This document shows, piece by piece, positions 1 through 11,439 of a DNA stretch of 64,000 nt. Positions within the stretch are counted from its first letter, which is position 1. Each line of letters opens with the position of its first letter. The position numbers and the translations under genes are program-made. The notes beneath the pieces are model-generated. The model had not been told where the DNA came from. It worked only from the letters and a program-made list of their open reading frames with translations, and searched no databases. This stretch comes from an uncultured Chromatiales bacterium (GTDB lineage Bacteria; Bacteroidota; Ignavibacteria; SZUA-365): contig CAZWNO010000002.1 of assembly GCA_964635845.1 (NCBI GenBank), forward strand, positions 44,901 to 108,900, in the 5' to 3' direction.

Positions 1-16
1 CTGGATATTTGCCATC

Positions 17-1300
17 ATGTTCGTCTGGTGGCTGCTCGCCTCCATGATGCCGGGGCTTCCCGGTCCGGGAGTCGCCCTCCGTGCCGGATTGCGTGTCGCG
101 AAGAACGCATCGGACGAAGTGTATTTCTGGGCGAAGCGCAGCTCTCTCGAGAAGGCAGCCGAGCAGGTGCTTGACGCGGCCGTGCAGCAGGATCCCGGGG
201 ATACATCGAAGTCCGACGCCGAGCGGCTCACGGACGAGCGACGTGCACGGCTCCCGGTTCGACCCGTTCCCGAGGATTCCGTTTTGAAGTCGCAGCTCGA
301 ACATATCTCGAATGTCCCCCCGATCCGCGGACGACTGATCAATGTGCTGATCATCGGGATCGACTCGCGCCTCTCTGCCCGCAACGCGCGCGCGGACGCA
401 CTCCACTTGATCACCGTCAATCCTGATTCCGCCGTCGTGGAAATCATGTCCATCCCACGCGACACCTACGTCGATCTCGGCTATCCGGACACGACACGCT
501 TCAACATCATCGCCAATGCCAAGCTGCCCGGCAACGGGATGCTGATGCGCAAGGTCAGCGAATTGGCCAAGCGCGGACCGGTCAATCACTACATCGAGGT
601 CGGATTCAGCCAGGCGATGGGCGTTCTCGAGATCCTTGGATACCGGGAACCTGTCAAAACGCTGCAGTTCCTGCGTACCCGCCGCACGCTGGCAGGCGGC
701 GACATCCAGCGCGCACATAACCAGGCATTGTTCATGCGGCAGACACTGATCGACAAATTTCCCATTCTCACCGGTGGCACCGGAGACCTGATCATTTCTG
801 CCGGACTCAAATTCCTCACTACCAATCTGAGTCGCGACTTCTGTCTCGGGCTCGCATATAATCTCGAGAAGAACGGATTCCCGAATCATCGCGCCGATGC
901 CGTCCGCCTGCGCATGCTGCCCCGTTACAACATCCGTCTCAAGCAGATGGTGGCCGATTCGGCGACCGTCAATTCGACGCTCGATCGCGTCAAGCGCATC
1001 CATGGCGAAGGTGATGATCCGAATATCAATGTCACATCGTACCTTCGGCGCGTCACTCGCAAGGCGATGCAGGATTCGGCGCGGCCGGGACAGATCGTGC
1101 ATCGGCTTCGACGGCTGAACGAACAGCACGCCTGGCTGCAGATACAGGACAAGCAGACTCGCATCGGGATTCGCGACACGCTCACGGGACTGCTGGAATA
1201 CGGACTGCGCAAGCTCGGTAAGACCGGCGAGGCGGAGGAAGTCCGCAAGGCACGCGAGGCGGAAGACCTGCTGATTCGTCAGCAGCTGCTCCGCAGATAA
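17..1300 (+). CDS. LCP family (LytR-CpsA-Psr) cell-envelope polymer phosphotransferase. The ORF is open to the window edge (no stop in frame between nt 2 and 16; W-I-F-A-I-M-F-V-W-W looks like the end of an N-terminal TM helix), so the true start may lie upstream
   Basis: Conserved LCP core in the translation (LINVLIIGIDSR..ADALHLITVNPD..IPRDTYVDLGYPD..NHYIEVGF). 427-aa ORF. Confidence 0.7.
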   Translation: MFVWWLLASMMPGLPGPGVALRAGLRVAKNASDEVYFWAKRSSLEKAAEQVLDAAVQQDPGDTSKSDAERLTDERRARLPVRPVPEDSVLKSQLEHISNVPPIRGRLINVLIIGIDSRLSARNARADALHLITVNPDSAVVEIMSIPRDTYVDLGYPDTTRFNIIANAKLPGNGMLMRKVSELAKRGPVNHYIEVGFSQAMGVLEILGYREPVKTLQFLRTRRTLAGGDIQRAHNQALFMRQTLIDKFPILTGGTGDLIISAGLKFLTTNLSRDFCLGLAYNLEKNGFPNHRADAVRLRMLPRYNIRLKQMVADSATVNSTLDRVKRIHGEGDDPNINVTSYLRRVTRKAMQDSARPGQIVHRLRRLNEQHAWLQIQDKQTRIGIRDTLTGLLEYGLRKLGKTGEAEEVRKAREAEDLLIRQQLLRR

Positions 1301-1403
1301 CCGCCGCGGGAGACGCCATGGCGGTCGAAGGGCACAGCCGTGCGGAAATTGACTTTCTATGGCACCCGGCCTATGTTGAACGAACGTACAAAATCAATAC
1401 TGA

Positions 1404-2420
<1,017 letters not shown>

Positions 2421-2440
2421 GCTGCTCATGCATTTGCATC

Positions 2441-2470
2441 GGTGACCTGCAGTCCGGCTGCAGGTCACCG
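2441..2470 (+). terminator. hairpin downstream of gap (perfect inverted repeat GGTGACCTGCAG-tccgg-CTGCAGGTCACC)
   Basis: 12-bp perfect stem seen directly in sequence, followed by gtattgt. T-tail is weak. Confidence 0.45.
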
Positions 2471-2532
2471 TATTGTCTCCACCATCGAAAAAAAGTATGT
2501 AGTGAATCTGGACGATTGCATAGGAGCATGTC

Positions 2533-3729
2533 ATGAATAAGATGACCATTCGCGACGCCGATCTGCACGGCAAGCGCGCCCTGACGCGCGTCGATTTCAA
2601 TGTTCCCCTCGACGAGGCAAATCGGATCACTGACGATACGCGCATCGAGGCGAGTCTCCCGACCATCCGTGCACTGTTGGAGCAGGGCGCATCGGTGATT
2701 CTCATGAGCCATCTCGGACGGCCTAAAGGCAAAGTCAATCCGGCCTTCAGTCTCCGGCCCGCGGCCGTGCGTCTCGGCGAGCTGCTCGGGCGCGATGTCG
2801 CCTTCGCGACCGACTGTATCGGGGCGGATGTCGAAGCGCAGGCAGCCGCCCTGAAGCCCGGAGACATACTGTTGCTGGAGAATCTTCGCTTCTATTCCGA
2901 GGAGGAGGCGAACGACGAGGGCTTCGCACGCCGTCTCGCCGGCCTTGGCGATATCTATGTCAACGATGCTTTCGGCTCCGCGCACCGCGCACACGCCTCC
3001 ACCGAGGGAGTGACGCATTTCCTTCATCCCGCGCTCGCCGGTCTGCTCATGGAGAAGGAGATCGACTACCTCGGCCGCGCCGTCGGCAATCCGGAGCGCC
3101 CGTACCTCGCCATACTCGGTGGGGCGAAGATTTCGGGGAAGATCGACGTAATCTCGAACCTCCTGAAGAAAGTGGATACCCTGCTGATCGGCGGCGGAAT
3201 GATGTTCACCTTCCTGAAGGCGCAGGGGATGGAAATCGGGAAGTCCCTGCTGGAGGCGGACAAGATCGATCTCGCGCGCCAAGTGCTGAAGGAGGCCGAG
3301 GCAGGCGGCAAACAGCTGCTGCTCCCCGTCGACACCGTCGTGGGGAAGGAGTTCCGCGATGACACCGAGACGCGCATCGTGCCGGTCTCGGAAATTCCCC
3401 AGGACATGATGGGGCTCGATATCGGACCCGAAAGCATCGCGCTCTTCTCCGGCGTCATCGCCGGTGCGAAGACCATTGTCTGGAACGGGCCGATGGGTGT
3501 ATTCGAGATGCCGGCCTTCGCACGCGGCACTTTCTCCATCGCCGAGGCCCTCGTCGCTGCCACAAGGACCGGCGCCGTAACAGTGATTGGCGGCGGAGAC
3601 TCCGCCGCGGCCATCAATCAGGCCGGCCTGGAAAACGACGTCACGCATGTTTCCACCGGCGGAGGCGCATCGCTCGAATTCCTCGAAGGAAAAACGCTCC
3701 CGGGCGTTGCAGCGCTGACCGACCGCTGA
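2533..3729 (+). CDS. pgk: phosphoglycerate kinase
   Basis: [16 protein letters not shown] and GGGASLE motifs. 398 aa. Sits next to gap as in many bacteria. Confidence 0.95.
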   Translation: MNKMTIRDADLHGKRALTRVDFNVPLDEANRITDDTRIEASLPTIRALLEQGASVILMSHLGRPKGKVNPAFSLRPAAVRLGELLGRDVAFATDCIGADVEAQAAALKPGDILLLENLRFYSEEEANDEGFARRLAGLGDIYVNDAFGSAHRAHASTEGVTHFLHPALAGLLMEKEIDYLGRAVGNPERPYLAILGGAKISGKIDVISNLLKKVDTLLIGGGMMFTFLKAQGMEIGKSLLEADKIDLARQVLKEAEAGGKQLLLPVDTVVGKEFRDDTETRIVPVSEIPQDMMGLDIGPESIALFSGVIAGAKTIVWNGPMGVFEMPAFARGTFSIAEALVAATRTGAVTVIGGGDSAAAINQAGLENDVTHVSTGGGASLEFLEGKTLPGVAALTDR

Positions 3730-3818
3730 TGGATACGCCGACCTGACCCGGCCTGGCATCCGCGGACGGAACGATCCCGCACCGCACTCTGTTTCTCTTT
3801 CTTGAACGACAGGCAGTT

Positions 3819-4739
3819 ATGCAGAATTACCAACGTCAGACATTTCGACCGCAGTTCGGCGGATTCAGCTTCTTCCCACCGGTGATCAAGTACCTGCTGC
3901 TTGCCAACGTCGCAGTCTACTTCGTCCAGATGATGCTCGAGGGCGGTTTGCTCACGTTCCAGGGGGAACCCCTGTTCAACTGGTTCGCGCGCACCTTCTA
4001 TCTCTGGCCGCTCGGCAGCGGTGCGTTCATGCCCTGGCAGCTGGTGAGCTACATGTTCCTCCATGGGACATTCATGCATCTCTTTTTCAACATGATCATG
4101 CTGTGGATGTTCGGGGTGGAGCTGGAGAACACCTGGGGCTCGCGCAAATTCCTGTTCATGTATTTCGTCGCGGGAATTGCCGCGGGCCTTGCGAATCTCC
4201 TCATCGCGCCGATGTTCACCGGGACCGGCCCGACCATCGGTGCGTCCGGCGGCGTCTACGGCGTGCTCGCGGCCTTTGCGATGGTATTTCCGGACCGGCA
4301 CATCTATTTTTATTTCTTCATCCCGATGCGCGCCAAGTACCTGATTTCCGGACTCATCCTCCTCGAGGTCGTCTACAGCGTACTCGGCACGCAGGAAGGC
4401 ATCGCGCATGTTGCGCATCTCGGCGGGGCTGTCATCGGCGGGCTCTGGGTGCTGCTCGATAAAAGCGGACAGATCGATCGCTGGCTGAGCCGCCGCGCCG
4501 GAAAAACCGGTATCTCCCCGGGTTTGAATGACAAGCCGCGCGACGCGAAGTTCTATGAATTCACTCCGGGCGTGCGGGAGAAGAAATCCGGTGACGAGAG
4601 CTTCGACGCCGCGCAGAAGCGCATCGATGAGATCCTGGACAAGATCAGCGTGTCTGGTTACGCCGGACTGACGGAAGAGGAGAAACGCATCCTGCTCGAC
4701 GCGAGCAAGCGCATTCACCCGGACAAGAACTCCCTCTGA
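3819..4739 (+). CDS. rhomboid family intramembrane serine protease with a C-terminal soluble extension
   Basis: Multiple TM segments. GASGGVYGV (GxSG catalytic Ser) and AHLGG (catalytic His) motifs. Confidence 0.8.
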   Translation: MQNYQRQTFRPQFGGFSFFPPVIKYLLLANVAVYFVQMMLEGGLLTFQGEPLFNWFARTFYLWPLGSGAFMPWQLVSYMFLHGTFMHLFFNMIMLWMFGVELENTWGSRKFLFMYFVAGIAAGLANLLIAPMFTGTGPTIGASGGVYGVLAAFAMVFPDRHIYFYFFIPMRAKYLISGLILLEVVYSVLGTQEGIAHVAHLGGAVIGGLWVLLDKSGQIDRWLSRRAGKTGISPGLNDKPRDAKFYEFTPGVREKKSGDESFDAAQKRIDEILDKISVSGYAGLTEEEKRILLDASKRIHPDKNSL

Positions 4740-4761
4740 ACATGAATCGAAAGCACGTTCG

Positions 4762-5910
4762 ATGATAGAAATTCCCGTCATCCAGAATCCCGGTGCCCCG
4801 GTGTGGCAGCCGCCGCTGGTCAAGACCGTACGCCGTAGAACCCGGATGGTTCGAGTCGGAGATATTCCCGTCGGCGGCGATGCGCCGATCAGCGTCCAGA
4901 CCATGACCAAGACAAAGACGCATGATGTGAACGCGACCGTCGAGCAGATCCGCCGCGCAGCAGAAGAAGGCTGCGACATCGTGCGCATCACCGTCAACGA
5001 CAAGCACGCCGCCGCGGCCATGGCCGACATCGTGCGGCAGTCACCGCTGCCGGTCGTGGCCGACATTCATTTCAACCATGTCTTCGCGCTCGAATCGATC
5101 AAGGCGGGCGTCGCGAAGGTGCGCATCAATCCTGGCAACATCGGCTCGATCGATCGAATCCATCAGGTGCTCGCCGCCGCCAGGGAACGCGGGATTCCCA
5201 TCCGCATCGGCGTCAATTCCGGTTCACTCGAGGAGGACATCCTCGTGAGGCATGGGTATCCGACGGCGGAGGCGTTGTTCGAAAGCGCCATGCGGCATGC
5301 GAACATCTGCGAGGACTTCGGATTCCGCGACGTCATCATCTCCGTGAAATCCACGGACACCCGGCTGATGATCGAAGCCTACCGCTACATCGCCGAGCGC
5401 ACCGACTATCCGCTGCATCTCGGTGTCACCGAGGCGGGCACAACCCGAGTGGGAACGATCAAGTCCTCGGTCGGCATCGGCACGCTGCTCGCGGAAGGTA
5501 TCGGCGATACCATCCGCGTCTCGCTCACGGATGAACCGTGGAAGGAGGTCCAGGTCGGCAAGGAAATTCTTCGCTCGCTCGGCCTCGCCTCACGCAGCGT
5601 GGAGATCATCTCCTGCCCGACCTGCGGCCGTCTCGACGTGGATCTGTTCAAGATCACGAACGAACTCGAGACCCGGCTCGCAGGCATCAAGAAGCCGGTC
5701 AAGATCGCGCTGCTCGGCTGCGTGGTGAACGGACCCGGAGAAGCGAGCGAGGCCGATATCGGCATCGCCGCCGGAAAAGGTGTGGGGATTCTCTACCGGA
5801 AAGGCGAGGTTGTCCGCCGGCTGAAGGAAGAAGAGATCATCGACGCCGTGGTGGAGGAAGTGCTGCGTTTCGTGCCTGCCGAACAGCAGGAACATCCCGC
5901 CACGGTTTGA
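4762..5910 (+). CDS. ispG: 4-hydroxy-3-methylbut-2-en-1-yl diphosphate synthase (flavodoxin)
   Basis: RRRTRMVRVGDIPVGGDAPISVQTMTKT N-terminus. C-terminal CPTCGR Fe-S cysteines. Confidence 0.92.
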   Translation: MIEIPVIQNPGAPVWQPPLVKTVRRRTRMVRVGDIPVGGDAPISVQTMTKTKTHDVNATVEQIRRAAEEGCDIVRITVNDKHAAAAMADIVRQSPLPVVADIHFNHVFALESIKAGVAKVRINPGNIGSIDRIHQVLAAARERGIPIRIGVNSGSLEEDILVRHGYPTAEALFESAMRHANICEDFGFRDVIISVKSTDTRLMIEAYRYIAERTDYPLHLGVTEAGTTRVGTIKSSVGIGTLLAEGIGDTIRVSLTDEPWKEVQVGKEILRSLGLASRSVEIISCPTCGRLDVDLFKITNELETRLAGIKKPVKIALLGCVVNGPGEASEADIGIAAGKGVGILYRKGEVVRRLKEEEIIDAVVEEVLRFVPAEQQEHPATV

Positions 5911-5986
5911 ATTTCCCATCACGGGCTGCCCGCAGGTTCATCGGACAGTCGCACCATTCCGGTCGCAGGTCACAGGGAGTACTGAC

Positions 5987-6691
5987 ATGCACACCGCCGT
6001 ATCCGCGTTTCTCGATGTCCTCTTTCCCCCGCTGTGCCTGGGCTGCAGCCTGCGCACGCGTGCGGGAGATCCGCTCTGTCCGCACTGCACGAGCGACCTC
6101 GTCCCGCTGCCGCTCACGGCGGAACAGTCATCCGCGCATCTCGCCTCGCTGGCCTGTGCTTGCGATGCGACAATGATGCTCGTCGGGTGGGAGTATGAAA
6201 GCGGCAGCGTGATCGAACGCTGCATTCACACGATGAAGTATCGCCAATTGCATCGCGTGGGCGAGTGGCTGGGACGCCTGCTGGGCGAACGCCTTGCAGG
6301 ATCGATGCTTCTCGAGGGTGATCCGCTGCTACTTCCGGTGCCGCTGCATCGGCTCAAGCGCATCGAACGCGGATATAATCAGGCGGAATTCCTCTGTCGT
6401 GGAATCGCCGCGGAATGCGGCCTCGGGTGGAATGGAGTCCTGCTGCGCCGGAATCGCTACACGACGTCGCAGTCGGCATCGCGGCTCGATCGCGATGAGC
6501 GGCAGGCGAATGTACGCGCGGCCTTCGCGCTCGATATGCGGCACGCCGCGATTGTGCGCGGCCGACCCCTGATACTCGTCGACGATCTCGTGACAACCGG
6601 TGCGACCATCGGAGCTTGCAGCGATGTGTGCATTGCGGCCGGTTTCACCGACGTGCGCATACTCGCCGTCGCCCGACCGCCGCGCCACTGA
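5987..6691 (+). CDS. ComF family protein (phosphoribosyltransferase-like, N-terminal Cys4 zinc ribbon)
   Basis: CLGC..CPHC zinc ribbon. PRTase motif ILVDDLVTTGATI near the C-terminus. Confidence 0.75.
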   Translation: MHTAVSAFLDVLFPPLCLGCSLRTRAGDPLCPHCTSDLVPLPLTAEQSSAHLASLACACDATMMLVGWEYESGSVIERCIHTMKYRQLHRVGEWLGRLLGERLAGSMLLEGDPLLLPVPLHRLKRIERGYNQAEFLCRGIAAECGLGWNGVLLRRNRYTTSQSASRLDRDERQANVRAAFALDMRHAAIVRGRPLILVDDLVTTGATIGACSDVCIAAGFTDVRILAVARPPRH

Positions 6692-6727
6692 ACGGTGAAT
6701 GATCGGTCAGCGATATCCTGCTCTGGA

Positions 6728-7543
6728 TCACCGGTCGCCGTCGCTCCAGATTTTCCACGGAGCCTCCTCGCTGTACCAGAGGCGATTGAGTTCCTGCACA
6801 TGTTTGAGCGTGTCCATGCACTGCCAGAATCCGTCGTGAGGAAACACCTGTATCCGCCCCTCCCGGGCCAGTCGCGGAAGCAGGTCCTTCTCAAGCACGG
6901 CATCGTCGCCGCTGATTTCACCAAGAACGTTTTTTCGCATTACGAAAAAGCCCCCGTTCACTTCGCAGGTCGTCCGGGGTTTCTCGTCAAAGCTGAGGAG
7001 CATACGCTCTTCGCTTTCCAGGATGCCGAAGGTCGTCGACAGCCGCACGGAAAGCAGTGTCACGTCTGCGTTCGAAACCAGGTGCTGGTCGAGTTCCGCG
7101 TCAAGATCGGCATCGGCCAGTCCGTCCGTGTAGGTGGCAAGAAAGTGATCCGTTTCGATGAATGGCGCTGCGCGCAGCAGCCGGCCCGCGGTTTCGGTAG
7201 CGGCTCCGGAGTGCAGGAAAGTGACGCGCCAGTCCCGCTCGTCATCCGGGAGCAGCGTGTGATACGTATGCGCGCCGTCGGCAAGCGAGAGGGTGAAATC
7301 CGTGGTCATGCTCAGATAGCGTTCGAACCACCCGATGATCTGCTCCGCGCCGTGTCCGAGAGGGAGGATGAAATTCCGGAAGCCGAAATGCGAATACAGC
7401 TTCATCACATGCCAGATCACCGGCCTGGAGCCGATCTGTATCAGCGCTTTCGGTTTGCCGTCCGTGTGATCCCGGAGTCGCAGTCCGAGTCCGCCGCAGA
7501 GGATCACCACCGGGTACGCGCGCTGCTCGCGCCTGGCGTTCAT
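6728..7543 (-). CDS. glucose-1-phosphate cytidylyltransferase (CDP-glucose pyrophosphorylase)
   Basis: PVVILCGGLGLRLRDHTDGKPKALIQIGSRPVIWHVMKLY nucleotidyltransferase N-terminus typical of RfbF. 271 aa. Confidence 0.8.
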   Translation of the reverse strand: MNARREQRAYPVVILCGGLGLRLRDHTDGKPKALIQIGSRPVIWHVMKLYSHFGFRNFILPLGHGAEQIIGWFERYLSMTTDFTLSLADGAHTYHTLLPDDERDWRVTFLHSGAATETAGRLLRAAPFIETDHFLATYTDGLADADLDAELDQHLVSNADVTLLSVRLSTTFGILESEERMLLSFDEKPRTTCEVNGGFFVMRKNVLGEISGDDAVLEKDLLPRLAREGRIQVFPHDGFWQCMDTLKHVQELNRLWYSEEAPWKIWSDGDR

Positions 7544-7554
7544 GACCGTGCCTG

Positions 7555-8391
7555 TCAGTGAAAGACAAACACGGGAACCGTGCCGTCCTTGATGATGCTC
7601 AGCGTGGTGCTGCCGAAAATGTAATCCGCGAATCCCTGACGAATCGGCCGGCCGAGTATGATGAGTGCGGGATGCAGCTCCTTTATCACCTGCCTGATCG
7701 CATCGATGGGTTTGCCGGTGCGCAGCATCATGCGCGCTTCGAGGCCGTGCGCGCGGAGGAAGCGCGCCGCCTTCTCGAGATGGTATTTATTCCTTTCATA
7801 ATCCGACGCGACACAGAGCAGAGTGACCGGATAGATATCCGGGATGTCGGGCGTGATATGCGCGTATGCCTGGAGCGCGCGCGCGGCGCCCACGGAACCG
7901 TCATAGGCGATGATCACGTTACGGGGCAGCTCGAGTTCCTGCGGAACCGCGAGGACCGGACACACCGGTTCCTTCAGGAGCATCTCGAGTGTGTCGCCCG
8001 GTCCTTCATGCGTAGGATAATGGAAGAAGGTCCGCAGACCGGTGATGATCAGGTCGGCGGTTTTGCCTTCCTGACCGAGTCCTTCGTACGGGGTCCCGGT
8101 GTAGATGATGTCTTCGTGTTCGATCTTGTGGAGATCGCAATCCATGCGGAATTGGGCTATCAGGTTCTCCGCATGTTCCTTGGCGTCATTGAGCATCGTT
8201 GACACAGCCTTTTCCGCAAACTGGAATGCGCCCGGCTGCGCGCCGGCGGCAAGCTGCTCGATGCTCGGCCGGTCGATGACGGCCACACCGATCAGTGTGG
8301 AGCCGTATACTTTCGCCCTCCGGATAGCCATTTCCAGGGCGCTCCGGGCGTAGGGCGAACCGTCGAGACCGACGACAATACGTTTACTCAT
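7555..8391 (-). CDS. universal stress protein (tandem UspA domains)
   Basis: Two Usp-like halves (IVVGLDGSPYARSALEMA.. and VIIAYDGSVGAARALQ..). ATP-binding G-x2-G-x9-G-S/T style motif in the C-terminal half. Confidence 0.8.
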   Translation of the reverse strand: MSKRIVVGLDGSPYARSALEMAIRRAKVYGSTLIGVAVIDRPSIEQLAAGAQPGAFQFAEKAVSTMLNDAKEHAENLIAQFRMDCDLHKIEHEDIIYTGTPYEGLGQEGKTADLIITGLRTFFHYPTHEGPGDTLEMLLKEPVCPVLAVPQELELPRNVIIAYDGSVGAARALQAYAHITPDIPDIYPVTLLCVASDYERNKYHLEKAARFLRAHGLEARMMLRTGKPIDAIRQVIKELHPALIILGRPIRQGFADYIFGSTTLSIIKDGTVPVFVFH

Positions 8392-8421
8392 GGCGTACCT
8401 CCTCGAGGGTTGAGGACAGAG

Positions 8422-10878
8422 TCATTTTCGTATCCAGATTTTGACATCGAATGGAGCGAGTGCAATCGTATGGACGCCGCCCTTCAATGTCGTGTGCGCG
8501 TGGCCGGCGATTGGCACCGTGCCGGCTCGATCTCCCGACGCGACCAGTGTCCATTCGCCTTCTGAAAGAGTCAGCCCCGCGACGCTTTGCGCCTGATCGC
8601 TGGTGTTGACGAACACGGCGATGCTCTCGGCGATGACATATCCCAGCAGCAGGGGATTATCCGGTTCGATCCAACGGATGTAGCCGGGCGGAATGGTTTC
8701 ACCTGTACGCAGCACGCGTCCGTAGCTCGAGCGCCGCAGTGCGATCAGACCTTTCCAGTATTCGTACATGCGCTGGTAATTGCATGGCGCACCGTCTTCA
8801 GTATTGCGGCCGAGTGTTTCCCAGAGAAAGAGATTGGGCCGGCGCAGGTTATATGTGTCGCGCTTTCCGTGGATGTAGATCGGGCCGCTCTCGGTGTGCT
8901 TGACGAGTTCGACCAGCGGTGAGGCCCCCTTGCTGCGCATGAACTCGCTGCCGCCGTGAATGACCACGGGGCCCAGCGAGGTCAGCAGCATGGCCGCGGC
9001 AATGCGGTACGGCCCTTCATCGACACCCGACAGTCCGTTCCAATCCTGCAAGGCAAAACGGTCCGCCAGCGCCCAGTTGTCATGTATATCGAGATAGTTG
9101 ATGCCCTCGTTTGGATTGTCTTCGAATTCGAAACTGTTGGCGATCGCGCGTTTCGCGGCTTGTCTGTCACCGTTCCCTCCTGCATACCCGCGATCGCTCT
9201 GCTTGTCTTCCGGATTGCCGGGCGGACCGCACAATGCGTTGCGGCAGTCGTCCTGGAAAAACGTGATGGGTGCGTCTTCCTTGTACCAATCCCAGTCAGG
9301 ATTCCTTTCAAAGCGCGGATCGCTCGATGCGATCCATGGTTCGCCGTAAAGAATGACATCGGGTCCCAATCTCCGACGAAGCTCCCGCAGCGTCTGCTCG
9401 TCGGTGAGTCCCGCCAGGTCGATGCGGAATCCGTCGACCCCGTATTCCTCCACCAGCATGGCGCACTGGTCGAAGATCCAGCGCGCCACCATCGGGCGAT
9501 CCTCCGACTTCGTCTCCGTGCCGTACTCGCCGATGAAATCGAGTTTCTCATCGGTCCGGTAATAGGCATGCCTGTCGAAGACCCGCAGGTTGAAGTACAT
9601 TTCCCGGCCATCCATGCGTTCGGCCGTGTGGTTGAACACCAGGTCGACGATGACGGAGATCCCCTTCTCATGGAACGCAGCGACGAGATCGCGGAACTGC
9701 GCGTTCTGCGCCCCGCATTCAGTCCCACGCTCACGGTAGCGAGATTCGATCGCGAGCGCATGCGTGGTGCGATATCCCCACTCGTAGCAGCTCTCCGCTA
9801 CCATCTGCTCGCGCATGTATGCGTCGTCCGCGAATGCGGTCCGCCACTCGCGATCAGGGTAGTGGAGGTACTCCTGCACGGGCATGAGATGCACGACGTT
9901 GATGCCCAGGTCGAGCAGATGATCAAAGCCGATTGCGGCTCCCTGCGCATTCCGCAGTCCCGGTGTGATGAAACCGGTGAATGTGCCGCGGCGCGCCGGC
10001 TCGAGCTGTTCGAGCGCGAGAGTGAAATCCTCGACGTGTACCTCATAGGCGATGACATCCTCCATGCGCGGACGTCCTCCGTGAACGGGCGGAGGTGGCG
10101 TCATGCGTGGCCAGATTCTGGCGCGGCCGAAGCTGTCATCAGAAACGCGTGCGTAGGGATCCGTGACATGGACAGGCACCTGCTCGAAAAATTCGTTCCC
10201 CGGATCGGCAGGACCGTGCACCGTGAAGTCATACCACCAGCGTTCATAGTCGCCCGGGAGCACGGCCTCCCACACACCTGTGTCGTCCCGCCGCAGAGGT
10301 ACCTCCAGATCTGGACGGACGGCCTTCTGCGAGCGGTACAGGTACAGCCGCACGCTGTCGGCACGCGGAGAGAATACTCGTACGACGGTCGCTTCCTCTT
10401 CGGGAATAAATCGGGCACCGAGCTCTTTTTCGGAGAAGGCATCGCGCAGCCAGCCGTCGAAGGAGCAGAGCAGGGTATCACCGCCCTCGCGTAGCAGATG
10501 GTAGACACGACGGGGATCGATATCCGACGCAGGCCTGAGACGGAGTTCCCTGGTTCCGACAGCGGCCACCGCTTCGATGGGAATGCTCACGCCCGCGGCA
10601 GTGATCAGGCGATAGCGCGCGGAAGCGAAGGCGTCCATATCCGCATCATCCGGTAAAAGCAGCCGAACATGCCACGGACCGACCAGTTCGGCGCGCATCT
10701 CCTCCTCAGGAAGAAGGCCGGACCGTATTCGTTCCGTCAATCGCGCGCAGGTATTCGGGCCGAGTGAGGCAGCAGGGATCGCGGACGGCCGCCCGCCCGG
10801 GATCCCCGTCGAAGCCCGCAGTACTGCCGGATAATGCAGCAAGCAGACAGCCAAAAGTGCCGCCGAGATTTGAGACAT
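8422..10878 (-). CDS. secreted GH13 alpha-amylase-family enzyme (pullulanase-like). Start chosen at MSQISAALLAVCLL signal peptide; the ORF track extends 20 aa further upstream
   Basis: GH13 conserved regions: FNHTAERMDG, GFRIDLAGL (catalytic Asp), YGEPW (Glu), YLDIHDN. N-terminal signal peptide. Confidence 0.85.
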   Translation of the reverse strand: MSQISAALLAVCLLHYPAVLRASTGIPGGRPSAIPAASLGPNTCARLTERIRSGLLPEEEMRAELVGPWHVRLLLPDDADMDAFASARYRLITAAGVSIPIEAVAAVGTRELRLRPASDIDPRRVYHLLREGGDTLLCSFDGWLRDAFSEKELGARFIPEEEATVVRVFSPRADSVRLYLYRSQKAVRPDLEVPLRRDDTGVWEAVLPGDYERWWYDFTVHGPADPGNEFFEQVPVHVTDPYARVSDDSFGRARIWPRMTPPPPVHGGRPRMEDVIAYEVHVEDFTLALEQLEPARRGTFTGFITPGLRNAQGAAIGFDHLLDLGINVVHLMPVQEYLHYPDREWRTAFADDAYMREQMVAESCYEWGYRTTHALAIESRYRERGTECGAQNAQFRDLVAAFHEKGISVIVDLVFNHTAERMDGREMYFNLRVFDRHAYYRTDEKLDFIGEYGTETKSEDRPMVARWIFDQCAMLVEEYGVDGFRIDLAGLTDEQTLRELRRRLGPDVILYGEPWIASSDPRFERNPDWDWYKEDAPITFFQDDCRNALCGPPGNPEDKQSDRGYAGGNGDRQAAKRAIANSFEFEDNPNEGINYLDIHDNWALADRFALQDWNGLSGVDEGPYRIAAAMLLTSLGPVVIHGGSEFMRSKGASPLVELVKHTESGPIYIHGKRDTYNLRRPNLFLWETLGRNTEDGAPCNYQRMYEYWKGLIALRRSSYGRVLRTGETIPPGYIRWIEPDNPLLLGYVIAESIAVFVNTSDQAQSVAGLTLSEGEWTLVASGDRAGTVPIAGHAHTTLKGGVHTIALAPFDVKIWIRK

Positions 10879-11087
10879 CTGCCGGATCTTCGTTTTACGT
10901 ATGTATCGAATATAACGGAAAAAATGATATTTATGCACTTGTTTCGAGAATTTGCCCCGCGATTTCTTTCCCCCTGTCGGAATTGTCTTTCATTTGTTAC
11001 ATTGCATGTCCCGACTGCGGATTCCACAATTCTCGTGTCGAAGCATGCAATCGAGCGCCCATCACTCTTTACATCCGGAGTAGTTCT

Positions 11088-11414
11088 ATGGCGGTATATC
11101 AGTCCGAGAAGGAGTTCCTCCGTTCACTGAAGCGTTTCAACGCGCTATCTTCCCAACAGTACGAATGGCTTACGGGCATTTCCGAAAAGGAACATACGTG
11201 CCTGTTCGGCCACAAGATTCCGTCGGAGCAGTTGTACTTCAAAAAACCGCTCGATATGGAAGGCGAGCGCAAGGTCCGCATATGCAGCGAGTGCATGGAG
11301 AAATTGGTTTTCGTGACGATTGACAGCGACCGGCACAGTAGACAGATTTCGGAGCATCTGTACCGCGAACGTCATCCGGTCCCAAAGAAAATATTGAAAA
11401 CCCTGCCGCGCTGA
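11088..11414 (+). CDS. hypothetical small Cys-containing protein (108 aa)
   Basis: ATG at 11088 preceded by GGAG. The longer ORF-track start at 10764 would overlap the divergent GH13 start. No recognisable domain. Confidence 0.4.
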   Translation: MAVYQSEKEFLRSLKRFNALSSQQYEWLTGISEKEHTCLFGHKIPSEQLYFKKPLDMEGERKVRICSECMEKLVFVTIDSDRHSRQISEHLYRERHPVPKKILKTLPR

Positions 11415-11439
11415 GAAGCGCGTTGCGAGCGGGCGCCTG

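Noticed and set aside
3618-5066. 482-aa minus-strand ORF antisense to the rhomboid protease and ispG
   Set aside because: It overlaps two well-supported plus-strand genes. It is a stop-codon-poor GC-rich antisense frame.
8956-10494. 512-aa plus-strand ORF inside the GH13 gene
   Set aside because: It is antisense to a gene with all four GH13 conserved regions and has no domain signature.
10764-11087. Upstream 108-codon extension of the small ORF (ORF-track start at 10764)
   Set aside because: It would overlap the divergent GH13 start codon and signal peptide. The ATG at 11088 has a GGAG just upstream and gives a compact 108-aa protein.
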